From Bacteroidales bacterium (GTDB taxonomy: Bacteria; Bacteroidota; Bacteroidia; Bacteroidales; VadinHA17): a DNA stretch of 64,000 nt. The notes beneath the pieces are model-generated. The model saw only the letters and a program-made list of their open reading frames with translations. It ran no database searches and was not told the origin of the DNA. The position numbers and the translations under genes were made by a program. The stretch covers positions 3,049 through 67,048 of the forward strand of contig SLNP01000014.1 of assembly GCA_007132995.1 (NCBI GenBank), in the 5' to 3' direction. Of the stretch, positions 37,267-46,181 are shown piece by piece (the first letter of the stretch is position 1; each line of letters opens with the position of its first letter).

Positions 37267-37696
37267 CCCTGAATCCGAACATAATTGAAACACAGCCGCT
37301 TGTCGGGAGCCTGTCTGCAGAGCTGTCTCTTGGCACCTCTACCACTATCATGAGCTGCTGGCTTGCCTCGAGCCTGAAATCCCAGACCGATGGCTCTTCA
37401 GCATCCTCATTCGAATAGATAAGGTTACGGCTTGAATCATAAACCCTGAACCGGACGCCAGGCAACCTCTCTTCCCCGAGAATTGCCAAACGGTAATCCA
37501 TATTTGCATAAAAGGTTTTGTATAGTTCGGCCTCTTCACCTTCTACAAGTATGGCTGCATGATAATTCCCATCATGGGTATAGTTACCAAGAAGGGGCAG
37601 GCAAACACGCTTTGCAAAACCCTTGCATTGGGCTTCAGCGTTTATGGAAAAAGCGGTGAATAGCAGTAGCGCTGGCAGTAATCTGTAAATCTTCAT
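37259..37696 (-). CDS. Secreted hypothetical protein (145 aa)
   Basis: Signal peptide MKIYRLLPALLLFTAFSINAEAQ, conserved-looking Cys residues (CKGFAKRVC ... GCV), beta-rich. Its 3' end overlaps the uvrA 3' end by 8 bp (convergent). Confidence 0.55.
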   Translation of the reverse strand: MKIYRLLPALLLFTAFSINAEAQCKGFAKRVCLPLLGNYTHDGNYHAAILVEGEEAELYKTFYANMDYRLAILGEERLPGVRFRVYDSSRNLIYSNEDAEEPSVWDFRLEASQQLMIVVEVPRDSSADRLPTSGCVSIMFGFRVR

Positions 37697-37704
37697 CTCC
37701 GGAG

Positions 37705-38628
37705 CTATTTAATGAATGAATTCCTGATATCAGCAACGGCCTCCCTGAGCTCGATAAAGATCTCAGGAGTAATATCGGCCTGAACCTCAGACCTCAGAAT
37801 GGTAACATTGCTCTCTCTGTCAACCTCTGTACTTATCGGAGTGGAGGTGAGGGTTATCTTGTCAAATATGGCCTTTAGCGCATCTATCTGTCCTGCCACC
37901 TCCTCTATGGCAGCCATATCCCTGTTCTCATCAAGGAGTTCTGCGAGAATACCAATAGAGAGCTTCTGGTCAATTATGGTGGAAACCAGCATGTTGTCTT
38001 CAAATTCAGACATATCGACCAGCTGGGTAGCTATGTAGAGCCCCTCTATCCATCCGCCTGTAAGTACCAGGGCGGCAATAGCAGTCTGCTCGTTATCCTC
38101 CAGGTAGGAGCTGCTGTTCATGAATGTTTCTGCAACCACATCCATAATAATCTCCTTATTGTTTATGTTCTCCTCGAGTCTCTGAACAGCCTCTTCACTA
38201 ACGGCATCCATTATCCCCAGACCTTCTGCCATACGCTTTGCAGCCTCCATATAATCAATAATTATTCTGGTCTGATCGTAAAGGCCCGCGTAGCTAAGAT
38301 TACAGGTATAGATGCCCAGATTAAGCGCCATACTTCTGGTTGTAGTATAGTTGGAGGCGTTCTCAACGGGATTGAGTATAGATCGGTCAAATCTTGCCTC
38401 GGCCTGTCTTATAAGCATGGCAGACTCAAGCGGCGAAGGCATAGACCTGAATATTCTCTCTGCCTGTCTGATTTCGTCAAGAACCCGTTTGTCCGCCTCT
38501 CTCAATTCGAACATATCGGGTTCCCGTTCTTCCGGTTTGGTGCCGCACGACCTGCAACCCGTTACAACCGGCAGAAGCAGGAGAAGAACTGCCGATAGTG
38601 CTGTATACCTGATTATAGATCTGGTCAT
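37705..38628 (-). CDS. Helical lipoprotein of unknown function
   Basis: Lipobox LLPVVTGC after MTRSIIRYTALSAVLLL (ATG 38628). Predicted all-alpha. Lies 8 nt upstream of the 145-aa gene. Confidence 0.55.
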   Translation of the reverse strand: MTRSIIRYTALSAVLLLLLPVVTGCRSCGTKPEEREPDMFELREADKRVLDEIRQAERIFRSMPSPLESAMLIRQAEARFDRSILNPVENASNYTTTRSMALNLGIYTCNLSYAGLYDQTRIIIDYMEAAKRMAEGLGIMDAVSEEAVQRLEENINNKEIIMDVVAETFMNSSSYLEDNEQTAIAALVLTGGWIEGLYIATQLVDMSEFEDNMLVSTIIDQKLSIGILAELLDENRDMAAIEEVAGQIDALKAIFDKITLTSTPISTEVDRESNVTILRSEVQADITPEIFIELREAVADIRNSFIK

Positions 38629-38755
38629 ATCGCCATGGTTTTGGTTATCAAAATGCTCTACTAAAGTAGTACAATAATCTATAAACTGCAAAAAGGAGAT
38701 AGTCAATACCCCACAGCCGGTTGAAAACCGGTAAAGCGGAAAGAGATGTCTACCC

Positions 38756-39733
38756 TTACTCGTAGCTGCTGAAATATTTCATAAACTGGGTACGCTCATA
38801 TAGTACCGGTTTTTCAAAATTAAGATAGTTGAGACTTCCTCTGAAGCTATCAACAGAACTGAAGCCTTTCCTCTTCATCCATTCGGATATCTCACTATTC
38901 ATAACACTCAGGTGTTCAACACCCTTGTGATATAAGAGAGAACATACCTGTACGGTATCTGCTCCGGCAAGCAGATATCGTACCGCATCATCTCCGCTGT
39001 GTACTCCGGTAGAGGCCGAGATGTCAATTCTTATGTCTGAAGCACTGGCCATACCCACACTCCTTAAAACATAGCGCCTGTCAGCGGCTGTACTGAAAAC
39101 AGAGGCAGGCTCTATGCTCATCTTCTCTATATCGATATCCGGTTCAAAAAACCTATTGAAAAGGACTACCCCTCTGGCGCCCCTTTTATATATCTGATTT
39201 ATGGCATAGAGAATATTGGAAAACTTGTAACCTAACTTAAGCACAACCGGTATATCCAATATATCGGCGACTCTTTCAACGAGGCTGTAGTACATCTTCT
39301 CGACACCATCGGGCTTCATATCTTTGCTGGTTGGCAAGAAGAAGGCATTTATTTCCAGGGCATCGGCTCCCGCTGCCGCAATGGTTCTGGCAAAATCGAT
39401 CCACTCTCCGTCTGTAACACAGTTAATGCTGGGAATAACGGGTATTGAGAGGGTCTCTTTAGCCGATCTTATAAGATTAAGGTAGCCATCTACACTGTGC
39501 GATTTGGTATAATAAGAGATATAGTCATCTGCTTCAGGATAGGAAGAGCCTCCCCTCATGGTATGGCCATAGAGCTTTATCTGCTCTTCGAAAAGAGATT
39601 TCAGCACTACGGCGCCTGCACCACTCTCCTCAGCCTTTTTCAATTTATCAATGTCAGAGGTCAATCCACTGCTTGCTACAATGAGCGGGCTGTTTAGTTC
39701 AAGTCCCAGATACTTTGTCTTAAGGTTATCCAT
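38756..39733 (-). CDS. Dihydroorotate dehydrogenase-like (PyrD family) flavoprotein
   Basis: TIM-barrel FMN-enzyme pattern: LELNSPLIVASSGLT, ALEINAF, GARGVVLFNRF, SASTGVHSGDDAVRYLLAGADTVQVCS. Confidence 0.7.
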   Translation of the reverse strand: MDNLKTKYLGLELNSPLIVASSGLTSDIDKLKKAEESGAGAVVLKSLFEEQIKLYGHTMRGGSSYPEADDYISYYTKSHSVDGYLNLIRSAKETLSIPVIPSINCVTDGEWIDFARTIAAAGADALEINAFFLPTSKDMKPDGVEKMYYSLVERVADILDIPVVLKLGYKFSNILYAINQIYKRGARGVVLFNRFFEPDIDIEKMSIEPASVFSTAADRRYVLRSVGMASASDIRIDISASTGVHSGDDAVRYLLAGADTVQVCSLLYHKGVEHLSVMNSEISEWMKRKGFSSVDSFRGSLNYLNFEKPVLYERTQFMKYFSSYE

Positions 39734-39752
39734 TCTGTTGTGGTTTTATAAT

Positions 39753-40421
39753 TTACTGTCTCTCTCCAAATATACTACTTCCAATTCGTACAATGGTACT
39801 CCCCTCCTCTACCGCAATGGCATAGTCTCCGGACATACCCATCGATATCTCCCGAAATCTCTCATCATTTCTGAAAAAACTGTTCTTAACATTAGTATAG
39901 CAGTCGGTAAGATATTTGAACTCCTCCCTGATCTGCTCCCTGTCATCGGTAAAGGTGGCCATGCCCATCACCCCGGAAAAGATAAGGGAGCTCAATTTCG
40001 GGGAGCCTCCCTGACTAAAGAACTGCTCTATCTCCTCCATTGTAAAACCGTACTTATGCTCCTCTTTCGCTATATGAATCTGCAGTAAAACCCGTATTTT
40101 ACGATCTGCTTTCAGTGCCTCTTTATTGACAGCCTCCAGTAACCTGACACTATCTGCCGATTCAATAAGCGAGACAAAAGGAACAACATACTTTACCTTA
40201 TTTCTCTGGAGATGCCCTATAAGATGCCACTCTATATCACGCGGAAGAAGTGGCTGTTTGGCAATCAGTTCCTGGACCCTGTTCTCTCCAAAATTCCTAT
40301 GCCCTGCATTATAGGCCTCCATAATAGATTCGGGAGATTCCGTCTTGCTAACCGCCACAAGAAGAACATCTTCCGGAAGCTCAGACTTCAATCGCTCTAT
40401 ATTATCGCGTATATATCCCAT
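39753..40421 (-). CDS. yggS: YggS family pyridoxal-phosphate homeostasis protein
   Basis: LVAVSKT (PLP lysine), HLIGHLQRNK and ISMGMSGDYAIAVEEGSTIVRIGSSIFG. Confidence 0.85.
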   Translation of the reverse strand: MGYIRDNIERLKSELPEDVLLVAVSKTESPESIMEAYNAGHRNFGENRVQELIAKQPLLPRDIEWHLIGHLQRNKVKYVVPFVSLIESADSVRLLEAVNKEALKADRKIRVLLQIHIAKEEHKYGFTMEEIEQFFSQGGSPKLSSLIFSGVMGMATFTDDREQIREEFKYLTDCYTNVKNSFFRNDERFREISMGMSGDYAIAVEEGSTIVRIGSSIFGERQ

Positions 40422-40450
40422 GCAAGGCTCATATTGTCCGCTCCAAAATT

Positions 40451-40480
40451 AAAAAAAAAGCCCTGTTTTACCACAGGGCT
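40451..40480 (-). terminator. Rho-independent terminator ending the serC-serA-DUF1015 transcription unit
   Basis: The minus-strand RNA reads agcccug-uggtaaaa-cagggcu followed by a U9 run. Stem at 40459-40465 / 40474-40480, with the A-run at 40451-40459 on the plus strand. Confidence 0.75.
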
Positions 40481-40504
40481 AATTCAATAATATTTAGTGC
40501 GAGC

Positions 40505-41755
40505 CTATGTAAGAAGATGTATAACCAGTCCGCTGCGCAGCTTCGGCTCAAACCAGGTTGTCTTGGGAGGCATTATGCTTCCTGTATCTGCAATACGAAT
40601 AAGCTGATCCATCGATACAGGGAAAAGGGCAAAAGCGACCATCATCTCACCGCTATCAACCCTTCTTTGCAACTCCTCAAGCCCTCTGATTCCGCCGACA
40701 AAATCGATCCGTTTCGATCTCCTCAGATCCTGTATATCCAGAAGTGGAGTAAGTATCTGTTCAGACAGTATGGTAACATCAAGTACACCTATCGGATCAT
40801 CATCATCGTAGGTATCCTCAAGAGCGGTAAGACTATACCACTGGCCATCAAGATACATAGAGAAGTTATGCAGAGATTCCGGCCTGTAAGGGCTTGTACC
40901 CTTTACTTCCACCTCAAAAGAGTCGGACAGCCTGTTGACAAACTCCTCAGGCGACAGTCCGTTGAGATCTTTGACAACCCTGTTGTAGTCGATAATCCGT
41001 AATTGATTGTCAGGGAAGTGTACAGCCAGGAAAAAGTTATACTCTTCATCACCGGTATGTCGAGGATTGCTTTCACGCTTCTCTTTACCCACCAATGCAG
41101 CGGCGGCAGTTCTATGATGTCCGTCAGCTACATAGGTACAGGGAACCTTTTCTGCAAAAAGGCGTTCTATCTCCCTGTTGGTGGCAGGATCTTCTACAAC
41201 CCAGAAATGGTGCCCGAAACCATCTTCAGCAACAAAATCATACTCAGGCTCATTAGCGGAAACTACCTGATTAACAATGGCATCTATCGCATCAACATGA
41301 GGGTATGTAAAGAAAACCGGTTCAATATTTGCATCATTGACCTTCACATGTATCATTCTGTCCTGCTCCTTGTCTGGACGGGTGAGCTCATGCTTCTTGA
41401 TAACACCGTTAAGATAGTCATCGACAGAGGCGCAGCCCACTATTCCATACTGAGTTACACCCTGCATTGTCTGGGCATATATATAGTACGAAGGCTGCTC
41501 ATCCTGCCTGAGCCATCCTTTCTCCTGCCACTTGCGGAAGTTCTCAAAAGATTTGTCATATACCTCCTGCGAGTGGATATCGGTATCGGAGGGAAGATCT
41601 ATCTCAGCCCTTGTTATATGAAGAAGAGACCGCTCTTTTCCTCTGGCCATCGCAGCTGCCTCTTCGCTATTCATAACATCATAGGGAAGACAGGCAACTT
41701 CCGCAGCGATATCTCTGGGGGGCCTTAGCCCTCTGAATGGTTTCACTATTGCCAT
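40505..41755 (-). CDS. DUF1015 family protein
   Basis: 416 aa starting MAIVKPFRGLRP with ADGHHRTAAA, matching my recollection of Pfam DUF1015. Lies 33 nt downstream of serA. Confidence 0.8.
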   Translation of the reverse strand: MAIVKPFRGLRPPRDIAAEVACLPYDVMNSEEAAAMARGKERSLLHITRAEIDLPSDTDIHSQEVYDKSFENFRKWQEKGWLRQDEQPSYYIYAQTMQGVTQYGIVGCASVDDYLNGVIKKHELTRPDKEQDRMIHVKVNDANIEPVFFTYPHVDAIDAIVNQVVSANEPEYDFVAEDGFGHHFWVVEDPATNREIERLFAEKVPCTYVADGHHRTAAAALVGKEKRESNPRHTGDEEYNFFLAVHFPDNQLRIIDYNRVVKDLNGLSPEEFVNRLSDSFEVEVKGTSPYRPESLHNFSMYLDGQWYSLTALEDTYDDDDPIGVLDVTILSEQILTPLLDIQDLRRSKRIDFVGGIRGLEELQRRVDSGEMMVAFALFPVSMDQLIRIADTGSIMPPKTTWFEPKLRSGLVIHLLT

Positions 41756-41788
41756 CTATCTTATCTGTTTATGTAGTTGATATTATGT

Positions 41789-42706
41789 TTAGTTTACTCT
41801 GTATTGTTCATTGCCGGTGGCAAAGAAGTCGGCTATCTGACGCGCTGCCGCCACACCGGCATTGATATTAGCCTCCTTCGTCTGGGCTCCCATCTTCTTG
41901 TCGGTGAAGATAAATCTGCCAGGGAAATTCTCTTCAAGCAGAGCCCTGTTATCAGGGGCAATATCTGAAAGGTATGAGAAATCATCTCTCTCTTTCATAA
42001 CATCGACAAGACCATCTTCATCTATAACCTCTTTTCTGGCAGTATTAACGAGAGTAGCTCCGGCAGGCATACTCATCAGTAGCTGTCGGTTAACAGACTT
42101 TACGGTCTTCTCATTCGCAGGAATATGAAGACTGATATACTGGCACTTACTGTACAGTTCCTCTGCACTGCCACATGGCTCTACTCCCGCATCCCTCATT
42201 TCCGACTCATCGGCAAAAGGGTCGAAGCCAAAGAGATTCATCTCAAAACCCCGTGCTATGCGGGCAACATTCTTTCCTACCCAGCCAAAGGCATGAATAC
42301 CGATACTCTTGCCCCTTAGCTCCGTTCCTGCCTTACCCTTAAATCCGTTTCTGGCGTTATACAGCATCATCTGGAAGACGAGCTCAGCAACCGCGTTTGA
42401 ATTCTGTCCCGGAGTGTTCATAGCTACCACCCCCTTTGCGGTGCAGGCATCAAGATCAAGATTGTCATATCCTGCTCCGGCCCTGACAACTATCTTAAGG
42501 TTTTTGGCCGCCTCAACAACTGATGCGGTCACCTTGTCACTTCTCACTATCAATGCATCCGCATCTGCCACAGCAGCATGTAGTTCAGAAGCATCACTAT
42601 ATTTCTCAAGCAGTACCAGCTCATGTCCGGCAGCCTCTGTAACCTCCCTTATCTGTTCTACAGCTGCAGGAGCGAAAGGTTTCTCTGTTGCTACTAAAAT
42701 TTTCAT
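41789..42706 (-). CDS. serA: D-3-phosphoglycerate dehydrogenase (short D-2-hydroxyacid dehydrogenase type)
   Basis: NAD-binding GIHAFGWVGKNVARIA, then ...ARKEVID.... Adjacent to serC. ATG at 42706 (MKILVATEKPF) is preferred over the track start. Confidence 0.8.
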   Translation of the reverse strand: MKILVATEKPFAPAAVEQIREVTEAAGHELVLLEKYSDASELHAAVADADALIVRSDKVTASVVEAAKNLKIVVRAGAGYDNLDLDACTAKGVVAMNTPGQNSNAVAELVFQMMLYNARNGFKGKAGTELRGKSIGIHAFGWVGKNVARIARGFEMNLFGFDPFADESEMRDAGVEPCGSAEELYSKCQYISLHIPANEKTVKSVNRQLLMSMPAGATLVNTARKEVIDEDGLVDVMKERDDFSYLSDIAPDNRALLEENFPGRFIFTDKKMGAQTKEANINAGVAAARQIADFFATGNEQYRVN

Positions 42707-42776
42707 AGACCTTATCTTTTTGAATGATGCCAGGGGTGCCGGCTGTTGCGACACCCCTGTCATCAAGGATTATAAA

Positions 42777-43847
42777 CTACTTATCAGATTCAAACTCCTT
42801 CATAACCGAGACAAGTGCCTCTACACTCTCTTTGGGGAGTGCGTTATAGGTAGAGGCTCTGAAACCTCCTACAGAACGGTGACCGGCTATTCCGATCATG
42901 CCCCTGCTCTTTGCAAACTCCATGAACTCTGACTCAAGCTCCTTATACTCATCATTCATCACAAAGCAGATATTCATAAGAGAGCGATCTTCAACATCAT
43001 TCACAGTTGTTTTGAATAGCCTGTTCCTGTCAATCTCATCATAAAGCATACCGGCCTTCTCAATATTCCGCTTCTCCATCGCCTTAAGGCCACCATTGTC
43101 TTTCAGCCAGTTAAGGGTCTGAACCGCTGCAAATACCGGAAGAACCGGCGGGGTATTGAACATGGATCCTTTGGATATATGAGTCTTGTAATTAAGCATG
43201 GTGGGTATCGGACGATCTACCTTGCCAAGAATATCCTCTTTTATGATGACAAATGTAACTCCTGCAGGGGCAAGATTTTTCTGCGCTCCCCCATATATGA
43301 TTCCATATTTGGAGACATCAACCGGACGACTGAAAATATCAGATGACATATCGGCCACAAGTGGCACACTGACATCAAGATCCTTCCTCAACTGAGTGCC
43401 GAATATGGTGTTATTGGTTGTAATGTGGAAGTAGTCAGCATCATCAGGTATCTCATAGTTTTTGGGTACATAGCAGAAGTTTCTGTCTTTTGAAGAAGCA
43501 ACCTCGACAACCTCTCCGAAGAACTTACCCTCTTTGATTGCCTTGCTGGCCCACTCTCCGGTGTTAAGATAAGCCGCCTTCTTCTGCATGATATTCATGG
43601 GAATCATGGCGAACTGAAGGCTTGCACCTCCGCCAAGAAAGAGAACCTCATAACCGGCGGGTATTTCCAGAAGCTCTTTAAAGAGAGAGACAGCCTCTTC
43701 CATTACAGCAACAAACTCTTTGCCCCGATGAGAGACCTCCATGACAGAGAGTCCTGTACCGGCAAAATTTTTCACTCCCTCTGCTACCTTGTCTATTGTG
43801 TACTGAGGTAAGATCGAGGGCCCTGCATAAAAGTTGTGTTTTTTCAT
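42777..43847 (-). CDS. serC: Phosphoserine aminotransferase
   Basis: [14 protein letters not shown], a class V aminotransferase pattern, and [20 protein letters not shown] (PLP lysine region). Confidence 0.9.
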   Translation of the reverse strand: MKKHNFYAGPSILPQYTIDKVAEGVKNFAGTGLSVMEVSHRGKEFVAVMEEAVSLFKELLEIPAGYEVLFLGGGASLQFAMIPMNIMQKKAAYLNTGEWASKAIKEGKFFGEVVEVASSKDRNFCYVPKNYEIPDDADYFHITTNNTIFGTQLRKDLDVSVPLVADMSSDIFSRPVDVSKYGIIYGGAQKNLAPAGVTFVIIKEDILGKVDRPIPTMLNYKTHISKGSMFNTPPVLPVFAAVQTLNWLKDNGGLKAMEKRNIEKAGMLYDEIDRNRLFKTTVNDVEDRSLMNICFVMNDEYKELESEFMEFAKSRGMIGIAGHRSVGGFRASTYNALPKESVEALVSVMKEFESDK

Positions 43848-43895
43848 ATGACAATTTTTTTTTGTACGAAAACAGTTGGCAAACTATCGCCTGGC

Positions 43896-43938
43896 ACAGA
43901 GACTCCGGCTGAGACAACCCGGACAGAGACTCTCCGGC
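43896..43938 (-). promoter_or_regulatory. Direct repeat pair in the serC leader/upstream region
   Basis: acagagactccggc (43896-43909) and acagagactctccggc (43923-43938) lie 27 bp apart. They are flanked by complementary aaacagtt/aactgttt segments and by a 13-nt T-run (43855-43863; read as an A-tract in the minus-strand mRNA) a few nt 5' of the ATG. Confidence 0.25.
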
Positions 43939-44203
43939 AGAACTGTTTGCTGAAATATTTTCATACCAGATTTAAGAGATTAACTATTATATTTTTACTT
44001 CCCTGTTAGCATTCAAAAACCAACACATAAAGGTGACGGCCTGAATACCAACTCCTTAATAAGACAATACAAAACAGAAGAACACCAACCGTACAGGGGC
44101 CGGAGCGCATTAAAAGGTAAAGATACCACAATCTCCCTATTGTTATATCTCTAACCAAAAAAAGATTATTCCACCTGCATGTCTGCTGTTACCCGGTCAG
44201 ACT

Positions 44204-44944
44204 TCACCCTGTACCGGAGTAATTATCGCCCTCACCCGCTACTCGCAGCACACCACTGCTAAGCTCCGGAACCTTTGCAGATATATCTGTTCTCAGGCAG
44301 TAACCTATACAGTCTCCAAGACCCTTGGCTATAAGCCTCTCATTCTGAGCGGCCTTTTTTATATACCCATTAATGTCTCCTTTGGCAAGCCTGTATAGAT
44401 CTACTGAAGCATTGGCCGAGTCGCATGAGGTAGCAAACAGTCCCGAATCAAGAAGCCGCCCACTTATAAGCCCCGCACACAGGGTATCCTCGATATTGAA
44501 CTTGTCCTTCCAGCCGGCACACAGAATCACAACATCCCTTTTCAACTCAACAACTCTTTCGGCAACAGCAGAGGCGTTAAGAAAAGAGCCTATCAAAGTT
44601 GTGTGGAACGGCTCTGTCATCATAATGGCACGGGTTCCGTTTGTAGTTGTGTAAACCACCCTTCTGCCTGAGACACGCTCGGGGGTAAAATTGTCCGGTG
44701 AGTTTCCAAAGTCTGCAAAAGGGAGTTTAATACCCTCTCGCTCACCAGCCACAAGAACTCCCTCTTCACTATATCTTCTGGCCTCTTCAGTGGTTTCAAC
44801 AGGTATTATGGCAGCCGCTCCATTCTCAAAGGCTGTAGTGATAGATGTGGTTGCACGAAACACATCTATTACAACTGCAACCGATTCAGCATTAATATAG
44901 CGGTCAAGAATGGCAGGACTTATACAGACTTCGATACTTTTCAT
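44204..44944 (-). CDS. 2-phosphosulfolactate phosphatase family protein (ComB-like)
   Basis: VAVVIDVFRATTSITTAFENGAA, and ComB-family length and pattern. Confidence 0.7.
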   Translation of the reverse strand: MKSIEVCISPAILDRYINAESVAVVIDVFRATTSITTAFENGAAAIIPVETTEEARRYSEEGVLVAGEREGIKLPFADFGNSPDNFTPERVSGRRVVYTTTNGTRAIMMTEPFHTTLIGSFLNASAVAERVVELKRDVVILCAGWKDKFNIEDTLCAGLISGRLLDSGLFATSCDSANASVDLYRLAKGDINGYIKKAAQNERLIAKGLGDCIGYCLRTDISAKVPELSSGVLRVAGEGDNYSGTG

Positions 44945-44968
44945 AGCATACTAAACAATAACCGGCAA

Positions 44969-46078
44969 CTATCTGCTCTTGTAAAAAGGAGGCTTAACCA
45001 CTCTGGCAGCCAGCTCTTTCCCTCTGATCCTGATAAATATTTCGGTCTCATCAGGCCAGTAACCCCGGTTGAGATACGCCATGCCGATACCGGCATTAAT
45101 CATCGGTGACATAGTACCTGAGGTAACCTCTCCAATAATATCTCCATCAGAGTTGACTATCTCATAACCCTTCCTGGGTATTCCGCGATCTACCATAACA
45201 AAACCCTTCAACCGACGACGAACACCCTCCTCTTTCTGGTTAACCAGGAAATCTTTCCCCACCATATCAGAGCTCTTCCCGAGTTTGGTAATCCAACCAA
45301 GGCCTGCCTCCAGCGGAGAGGTTGTTTCATCAATATCATTACCATAGAGGCAAAATCCGCTCTCAAGCCTCAAGGTGTCACGGGCACCAAGCCCTGCCGG
45401 TTTAATACCAAACTCCTCTCCTGCTTCCATGATTCTCTCCCACAGGGCACCGGCCTTATCGCCGGGAACATATATTTCACATCCTCCCGAACCTGTATAG
45501 CCGGTTATGGAGAAAAGCAGATCATCAATGCCTGCAAGAGATATATTGCGGAATGTATAATACTCCATCTCAGCCACAGGTACATCGGTAAGCTTCTCCA
45601 TAACCTTAATGGCCAGTGGTCCCTGAACAGCCACCTGCGCAATATCATCTGAGACATTGACAAGGTTCCGCCCGGGCACTATGCCGAAAGGTTCAGCATA
45701 CCTCACACAGTGGTTCCAGTCCTTCTCGATATTCGATGCATTGACAACCAAAAGGTACTTCTCCTGATTGTACCTGTAAAGAAGCAGGTCATCTACTATG
45801 CCGCCGCTGGCGGTGGGGAAGCATGTGTATTGAATCTTACCATCGAAAAGAGCCTCTACATCATTACTGGTAATATATTGCAGATATGCGGTAGCCCCGG
45901 GACCGGTAACCATAAACTCTCCCATGTGTGAAACATCAAATATGCCAACCTTCTCTCTGACATTGAGATGTTCGGACTTAATTCCCTCAAACTCAACCGG
46001 CATATCATATCCGGCAAACGGAGCCATCTTTGCCCCTGCTGCCCTGTGCAGCTCAGTAAAAGGCGTACTCTTTAACAT
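44969..46078 (-). CDS. gcvT: Glycine cleavage system aminomethyltransferase T
   Basis: TPF...HRAAGAKMAPFAGYDMPVEF, FDVSHMGEF and GYTGSGGCEIY. ATG at 46078 (MLKSTPF). Confidence 0.9.
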   Translation of the reverse strand: MLKSTPFTELHRAAGAKMAPFAGYDMPVEFEGIKSEHLNVREKVGIFDVSHMGEFMVTGPGATAYLQYITSNDVEALFDGKIQYTCFPTASGGIVDDLLLYRYNQEKYLLVVNASNIEKDWNHCVRYAEPFGIVPGRNLVNVSDDIAQVAVQGPLAIKVMEKLTDVPVAEMEYYTFRNISLAGIDDLLFSITGYTGSGGCEIYVPGDKAGALWERIMEAGEEFGIKPAGLGARDTLRLESGFCLYGNDIDETTSPLEAGLGWITKLGKSSDMVGKDFLVNQKEEGVRRRLKGFVMVDRGIPRKGYEIVNSDGDIIGEVTSGTMSPMINAGIGMAYLNRGYWPDETEIFIRIRGKELAARVVKPPFYKSR

Positions 46079-46181
46079 AATTGTAATCCTGTTTTGTTGA
46101 AAGGCTAAATGTAAAATAAATTGCACAACAATAACCTGAGCAAGGTCATTATTGCAAAAAAGGAGATGACAGACCGGTTTG

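Noticed and set aside
40517-41728. Long plus-strand ORFs (161 aa and 241 aa) antisense to the DUF1015 gene
   Set aside because: They lie entirely inside a well-supported minus-strand gene with conserved motifs. The products are low-complexity and have no motifs, which is a typical shadow-ORF artefact.
42309-42932. 207-aa plus-strand ORF spanning the serA/serC junction
   Set aside because: It is antisense to two strongly supported genes. The product is Ala/Ser/Thr-rich and low-complexity, so it is a shadow ORF.
46079-46181. Glycine riboswitch upstream of gcvT
   Set aside because: The spacer is only ~100 nt. It lacks the conserved GGAGAG...CACCG / CTCTGGAGAG...ACCGAAGGGGCAA-type cores I would expect, so I made no call.
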